A DNA stretch of 20,674 nucleotides, from contig JAYPJE010000065.1 in assembly GCA_038128265.1 (NCBI GenBank), positions 1 to 20,674 on the forward strand, written 5' to 3'. Origin of the DNA: Gemmatimonadota bacterium. GTDB taxonomy: Bacteria > Latescibacterota > UBA2968 > UBA8231. Below are positions 15,920 through 20,674 of the stretch, piece by piece. Position 1 is the first letter of the stretch. Every line of letters begins with the position of its first letter. A program made the position numbers and the translations under genes. The notes beneath the pieces are model-generated. The model was not told where the DNA came from. It saw only the letters and a list, made by a program, of their open reading frames with translations, and searched no databases.

Positions 15920-16690
15920 CTAGTTGGCCGCCAACTCGCTGAGGTTCTTGACCTTTTTCAGCTCGCGCTGAAAGCGAAATGCGAGGTCTATTTCCTCGAC
16001 GGGCTCGTTGCGGTAGTTGTAGCGCAGGCCAAAGTCAGGTATGTGGAATACGATCGACCCAACGTCGTTGTGAATTTTTGAAAAAATCACGTAGCCTTCG
16101 ACGTCCTGGCCAGAAAAGCAAAACTCATCGTCGGGATATTTGGATTGATTGACGATATCGCGGCGCTCGTCAAAGCGCAGATAGCCCAATCCGTTGAACG
16201 CTAGGGGAAAGCGGCGATAGTATTCTTCGACGTCGTAGGCTCCCCATGGAAAGTACTTGCGTCCATTTGTTGACTCGATGACGATTTTGAGCGGGTCGAG
16301 TTTTACTTTCGGATATTCGTAGTTCTTGACGGTGATTTTAAATACGGATAGGCGCTGTGGTGGTTCGCCCGTTTTGGGATCGACCCAGTTTCCATAGGTA
16401 AAAGGGGTCGAGGGCATCTCGTCGCCGGGACCGCTGGCATCGCTCGACTGCGCGGGGTACTGACGATTGAGCTCCTCGTCGGTCATGGGACGCACGGAGA
16501 CTTCCAGGCGATTTTGGACAAAGGTGACGGTGCCGTCATCGAGCACCTGCATCTGGGTCCCTTCGCCACTCTGCTGCTGGGCCACCTCAGCGGGTTCGAA
16601 TTTTCCGGGGACCACATAATGCCCACATCCAGCGACCAGCAGTAGGGACAGTGACCAACCGAGTCCGAGTGCCATTTTAAGCGTGCGCAT
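15920..16690 (-). CDS. Hypothetical lipoprotein, 256 aa
   Basis: ATG at 16690 with SD GAGGAG. Signal MRTLK + hydrophobic stretch + lipobox VAG-C. The mature part is beta-rich (VFKITVKN, VEGYVIF), suggesting an Ig-like sandwich. Confidence 0.8.
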   Translation of the reverse strand: MRTLKMALGLGWSLSLLLVAGCGHYVVPGKFEPAEVAQQQSGEGTQMQVLDDGTVTFVQNRLEVSVRPMTDEELNRQYPAQSSDASGPGDEMPSTPFTYGNWVDPKTGEPPQRLSVFKITVKNYEYPKVKLDPLKIVIESTNGRKYFPWGAYDVEEYYRRFPLAFNGLGYLRFDERRDIVNQSKYPDDEFCFSGQDVEGYVIFSKIHNDVGSIVFHIPDFGLRYNYRNEPVEEIDLAFRFQRELKKVKNLSELAAN

Positions 16691-16715
16691 TGGAGATCTC
16701 CTCTCAGTGCCTTGT

Positions 16716-18056
16716 TCACATGTCAATCGGGGATGTGCTCTGCCGCTGGCGAGCGACGAACTCCCGAAAATTATCTTCTTCCATCTGCACCTGATCCGCT
16801 GACTGCTGGCGCAGATTCTCTATGAATACCTCGAATATGGGGGCGGCTTTGGCCTCGCGAAGATCGCGGCCAACCTGAATGCTCAGCGTCTGAGCATTGT
16901 TGGCTATCGGCGCGTAGCGCTCCCTGTTCTGCTCGTAAAATGCGCGCAGTTCATTCTCATCAATGCGCACCTGCGAGTAAATATCGCTTTCCCACATAGA
17001 CTCGAGAATTTTTTGCTGCAGCACCTTTTCTCGATCTTCCACAAGTGCTTCGTACAGGCCCTTGCTGCGCGCTTCTTCGGCTAAGATTTTCTCGGCTACA
17101 TACGCCCGGGTGACGCGAAACCCCAGCTCCGTTGTCGTTGTCGCAGGGGCTGAGTCGGCCTGCTGCAAGCGCTGTATAGTTTGCTGATACTCGGCCAGCG
17201 TCCATTCGCCGACATCGCTCTTGAGCAGGCGCAAGTCGGGGGATGCGCCACCGGAAAGGACCTGCGCCAGTGCCGCCGTATCGATTTGCACGGCGTGGCG
17301 CTCGGCCAGACGTGCGAGAAAATTGATATTGGCATCCTGCTGACGCTGTCGGCGCAGCGTGCGCTCGACGAGTTCCCGGCGCTGTTCCAGCGGCACCTGA
17401 CGCTTGTCTGCCACCTGCACTAGGAGGTAGCGGTCTTCCGCTTCAATGAGTTCTACAGCGCCTTTCTCCAACAGAAAGAGCGGCGCGTAGCGCGCATCAA
17501 CCATGAGTGGGTTGAGCCAGTCCGTGGCCATGGGACGCATCGAATAGCGCGTGGAAAGCTCACCAAAATCCATTCCTCCGCGCAGTTTTTCTAGTAGCTC
17601 AAGCGCCTTTTGCCGCTCTTCCACGTCGACGCGCTGCAGGCGAATTTCGCTGCCGGCGCTCGTCTCTTCGTAGAACGAACGGAGTCCTTCTTCCGTCCAG
17701 GATAGGTCGTCACCCATCTCCAGTTCGATTAGCTTGGACACCAGGCGATTGCGCTCCCACGCCTGCACGGCGTTTTGCACGCTGGCCTCTTCATGCAGGT
17801 TGCGTCGTCGCGCCTCCTTCATCATCAGCTCGCGGTCGATAACCAGCTGAAACTGCTGGCGCCACTGTTCGAGCGTAAGGGCCTGTGCATCGCTTCCGAG
17901 CCGCTGCAGCACCTCGCTGAAATCGCGTTCTGTTATTTCTCGCTCACCGACCCGTGCGAGGACGGGATCGGCGGGTGTAGACGGCGTCTCTTCCTGCGCA
18001 CACGAAGCCAGGAAAAACCCGCAGAGTAGGACGCCGAACGGCCGTTTAAATAGCAA
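16716..18056 (-). CDS. SurA/PrsA-like chaperone lipoprotein with degenerate parvulin (PpiC) domain, 446 aa
   Basis: Lipobox LAS-C; VLARVGEREITERDF; LVIDRELMMKEARRRNL; ALELLEKLRGGMDFGELSTRYS; second SurA-N-like unit ILAEEARSKGL...IDENELRAFYEQN. TTG start 3 nt after the upstream stop. Confidence 0.75.
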   Translation of the reverse strand: MLFKRPFGVLLCGFFLASCAQEETPSTPADPVLARVGEREITERDFSEVLQRLGSDAQALTLEQWRQQFQLVIDRELMMKEARRRNLHEEASVQNAVQAWERNRLVSKLIELEMGDDLSWTEEGLRSFYEETSAGSEIRLQRVDVEERQKALELLEKLRGGMDFGELSTRYSMRPMATDWLNPLMVDARYAPLFLLEKGAVELIEAEDRYLLVQVADKRQVPLEQRRELVERTLRRQRQQDANINFLARLAERHAVQIDTAALAQVLSGGASPDLRLLKSDVGEWTLAEYQQTIQRLQQADSAPATTTTELGFRVTRAYVAEKILAEEARSKGLYEALVEDREKVLQQKILESMWESDIYSQVRIDENELRAFYEQNRERYAPIANNAQTLSIQVGRDLREAKAAPIFEVFIENLRQQSADQVQMEEDNFREFVARQRQSTSPIDM

Positions 18057-18059
18057 TGG

Positions 18060-20674
18060 CTAAAATCCCCACCCTCTTCGCTCCGCCGGGCGACCGCCGA
18101 GGCGTTCCTGCTCTATACCGGCAAAAAGCTCGATAAAGGCAATGGTGTTGCTCACATCGAGATCCTTTAGGTTGCCGTAGTTAATGTCGTTCACCTGAAA
18201 ACCGATGTTAGAGGTTATGCTGTACCCCTGATACTGCACTCGATTGGTATACTGCGCAGTGAAGACCTTGCCGACAAAGTCGTCGACGTATTCGGGCGGC
18301 AGCGGATCGGGAATGCGTTCGGCGTTGCGGAATATAATGGTTTCAACGCCTACCTCGACGCGGCTTTTGGTCAGGACCGGAAACACGGCCGAGATCGAAA
18401 AAATTTCGCTCAGGTCATTGATCTCTAACAGGGCGGGACGCGGCTGCGTGCGGCGGCGCCACATGCTCTTCCAGCGCGGAATCAGCGTGACGTTGCCAAT
18501 GGGAAACGGATAGTCGGCCTTGTTTATGACGCCGATAAAGGCGCTGTCGTCAAAGTTGCTGCCCGCCTCCGCATTTTCGGCGCGCTGCTTGTAGTGGTCG
18601 ACGCGGAGCTTGTTGACGAACGTCAAATTGCCGCGCGTGTACTTGTAGCCGAGATAGCCCTGGTTGACCATGGCATCTTGGGTAATTTGCGGATCGTCAA
18701 AGGGCTGCAGGCCGCCAACGGAACCCGGCCGCTGCACCCACTGCAGCAGATTATCGGGAATGTTATCCTTAACCAATTTGATCATATAGAATGCTTCTAC
18801 GCGGCCAATGCGCGCCATATCCTGCTCCGAGCTGAGCAAGAGGAAGCTCATTTTTGCGCGCTCGTCGCCGGCGATGAGCCATTCACGGCTGCGGCCAACC
18901 GTCATATTGACGCCCGGGTATATTTCGGCACCGGCGTACATGTTGTAGCCGCGATGGCCGCGCTTGTAGGGATAATCGGCCTCTTCGTCGTTTTCAAAGC
19001 GGTCGACTATTGTATTGTTGTTCATATCGACGCCAAAGAGAAACTCCGGCGGATCGACGTAGTGGCGCAGAAAGGGCTCTTCGTAGTCCGGCGTCAGATT
19101 GCTGTTCTCGTTGAAGTCGGAGATTAGGTCATTGTTTTCGTCGAGGCCGGGAAATACGGCGTTGTCACCGCCGCCACCGCCAAAGCGCGGCCAGTCGACG
19201 GCCTGGTCTTGGTCGTCGTTATCGTCGATGTACTCAAACCAGTTCTGGCGCTGGTTCTCGTAGTCGACAAAGTCGTTTTGGTCGGTGATATAACCGCGCG
19301 TGGTGTAGTCGTGGTCCATGCTGAACGCTTCGCTATAGCCGAAGTAGCGACCGGAGCGCTTGGTGGCGTTGATAAACCAAGCATCGGCCTGCTGGTCACT
19401 CAGCGTCAGGTTACTCAGCTTTTGCACGTTGATATTGGGATAGCGCTGGTACTGCGCGTTGCGCGCGAACTCGCCGCGCACTTCCATGCCCCATACGTCT
19501 TCGATCTGTAGATCAATGCTGGCGATCTGGTTGGCTGAGGGCAGGCCGTAATCAAAGCGCACGACGCGCTGGTTTGTGTTGTCGCGGACATTGCCTTCGG
19601 CGCGCACGACCGGCAAGAAGATCGGCTGGCCGTTGATATTTGTTTGCAGATTGGACGTTACTTCGACGCGGTAGTCGTTCGACAGCACCATGGCAAAGCT
19701 AACTTTGCGCACGACCAGCGGATCGGGCACGCGGTAGCGCAGCAGAATGGGCGCCTCTTCCAGCGCTTCGAGAAAGCCTTCGCGCTCGCGTCCACCCTCA
19801 ATAGTTGGGTTGACGGACGTCGGTTCGCCGTCGACGATCATCTCGGATGAGAAAAAGAGCGCACCCGAGCCGTCGCCGGGCGAGTCGTCGACGATGCGCA
19901 CGACGATTTCGGTTACGTTGCCCGAGTTTTGGCTGCTAGTCAGGAGGCCCTTACGCGAATTTTCGGAGAAGTTGCTGGAGCTCGAACCAAAGTTGGTGTT
20001 GACCAACGTCGCGCCCAAGTTGATAAAGTCGCCGACCTGGGCCGTTCCACGCAGGCCCATGAAGTTGGTGTAGTCGGTGTCCTGAACGCGATTGGAGCCC
20101 TGCACGACGCGAACGGGCTCGCTGACGCGCGAGAGCAACACCGTTGCGCCGTACTTGTCGGACTGGAAGTCCCACTGAATGCCGTTAAAGCGCGAGCGGC
20201 TAAACGTCAGCGGCGTCAGCGTAGTGCGGATGGCGTCGCCGATGGTAAGCGAAGTGAAATACTGCCCCTTGGCATCGGAGGCAACGACTAGGTTTTGAAA
20301 CCAGCTGGAGAACCGGCTGTCTTTGAAGACGGTGCTGCCAAAAGCCAGCGGCTGCTGCTGGCGCCACTCGTAAATGCGCCAGCCGCGGGTGACCCAGTTG
20401 CCGAAGATATCGTACTGGCCTAGACCTTCCAACTGCGTGCTGACATAGCGCTCATACGGCTCTTTGGCGTAGTTGGTGTACTTATAACCACCCCAGTCGT
20501 AGATGTTGTAGAGGTCCTGTGGCACGTACCACTTGCGCAAGGTGGGAATGAGCGGGTCAAACCCTTCGATTCTCACTTGCGACGTGGCGCCGCGCTCTCG
20601 TCCCGGCGTTGCCGCGATCGCGGCGGATAGCGTCCCAGCCAGTAGAAGCAGGGCGATCCCCCAAGACGTAACTC
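18060..20674 (-). CDS. Large secreted, probable outer-membrane protein (>870 aa; start lies beyond the window end)
   Basis: The frame stays open upstream of the GTG at 20576 to the window edge and reads VTSWGIALLLLAGTLSAAIAA, a signal peptide. Many amphipathic beta-strand-like segments, an Asp/Asn-rich central insert, and C-terminal Phe (GWGF). Confidence 0.75.
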   Translation of the reverse strand, partial: VTSWGIALLLLAGTLSAAIAATPGRERGATSQVRIEGFDPLIPTLRKWYVPQDLYNIYDWGGYKYTNYAKEPYERYVSTQLEGLGQYDIFGNWVTRGWRIYEWRQQQPLAFGSTVFKDSRFSSWFQNLVVASDAKGQYFTSLTIGDAIRTTLTPLTFSRSRFNGIQWDFQSDKYGATVLLSRVSEPVRVVQGSNRVQDTDYTNFMGLRGTAQVGDFINLGATLVNTNFGSSSSNFSENSRKGLLTSSQNSGNVTEIVVRIVDDSPGDGSGALFFSSEMIVDGEPTSVNPTIEGGREREGFLEALEEAPILLRYRVPDPLVVRKVSFAMVLSNDYRVEVTSNLQTNINGQPIFLPVVRAEGNVRDNTNQRVVRFDYGLPSANQIASIDLQIEDVWGMEVRGEFARNAQYQRYPNINVQKLSNLTLSDQQADAWFINATKRSGRYFGYSEAFSMDHDYTTRGYITDQNDFVDYENQRQNWFEYIDDNDDQDQAVDWPRFGGGGGDNAVFPGLDENNDLISDFNENSNLTPDYEEPFLRHYVDPPEFLFGVDMNNNTIVDRFENDEEADYPYKRGHRGYNMYAGAEIYPGVNMTVGRSREWLIAGDERAKMSFLLLSSEQDMARIGRVEAFYMIKLVKDNIPDNLLQWVQRPGSVGGLQPFDDPQITQDAMVNQGYLGYKYTRGNLTFVNKLRVDHYKQRAENAEAGSNFDDSAFIGVINKADYPFPIGNVTLIPRWKSMWRRRTQPRPALLEINDLSEIFSISAVFPVLTKSRVEVGVETIIFRNAERIPDPLPPEYVDDFVGKVFTAQYTNRVQYQGYSITSNIGFQVNDINYGNLKDLDVSNTIAFIELFAGIEQERLGGRPAERRGWGF

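Noticed and set aside
20574..20576. GTG start of the 838-aa ORF
   Set aside because: The frame is open to the window edge and encodes a signal peptide upstream, so the true start is outside the window.
15920..20674. Visibly lower GC than the left part of the window, possible horizontal acquisition
   Set aside because: Not quantified, plausibly explained by Asn/Phe/Tyr/Ile-rich proteins, and no integrase, tRNA or boundary repeats were seen.

Overview
GC-rich bacterial window, densely coding, with 13 supportable CDSs and no recognisable RNA gene, mobile element or CRISPR array. The gene style (PhyH dioxygenases, a HEAT fusion, DUF6785-type membrane proteins, acidic secreted proteins) suggests a diderm candidate-phylum organism such as Latescibacterota, Handelsmanbacteria or Poribacteria; this is inference only. 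The left part (1-6443) holds a partial PhyH dioxygenase, a SIMPL lipoprotein, a PhyH-HEAT fusion, a GPH-family MFS symporter, an enolase-superfamily enzyme and a ROK kinase. The right part (6440->20674, minus strand) is one tightly packed run of seven genes and is the main finding. In order of transcription they are: a large secreted, probable outer-membrane protein with Ca-binding-like loops; a SurA/PrsA-like lipoprotein with a degenerate parvulin domain; an unknown lipoprotein; a ~1540-aa fusion of a PA domain, a remodelled M28 peptidase-like domain and a MacB/FtsX permease; two adjacent ~650-aa polytopic membrane proteins sharing OPT-like motifs; and a BKACE (DUF849) enzyme. This looks like an uncharacterised envelope-spanning uptake or processing system. 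All family assignments come from motif recognition by eye, not database searches.
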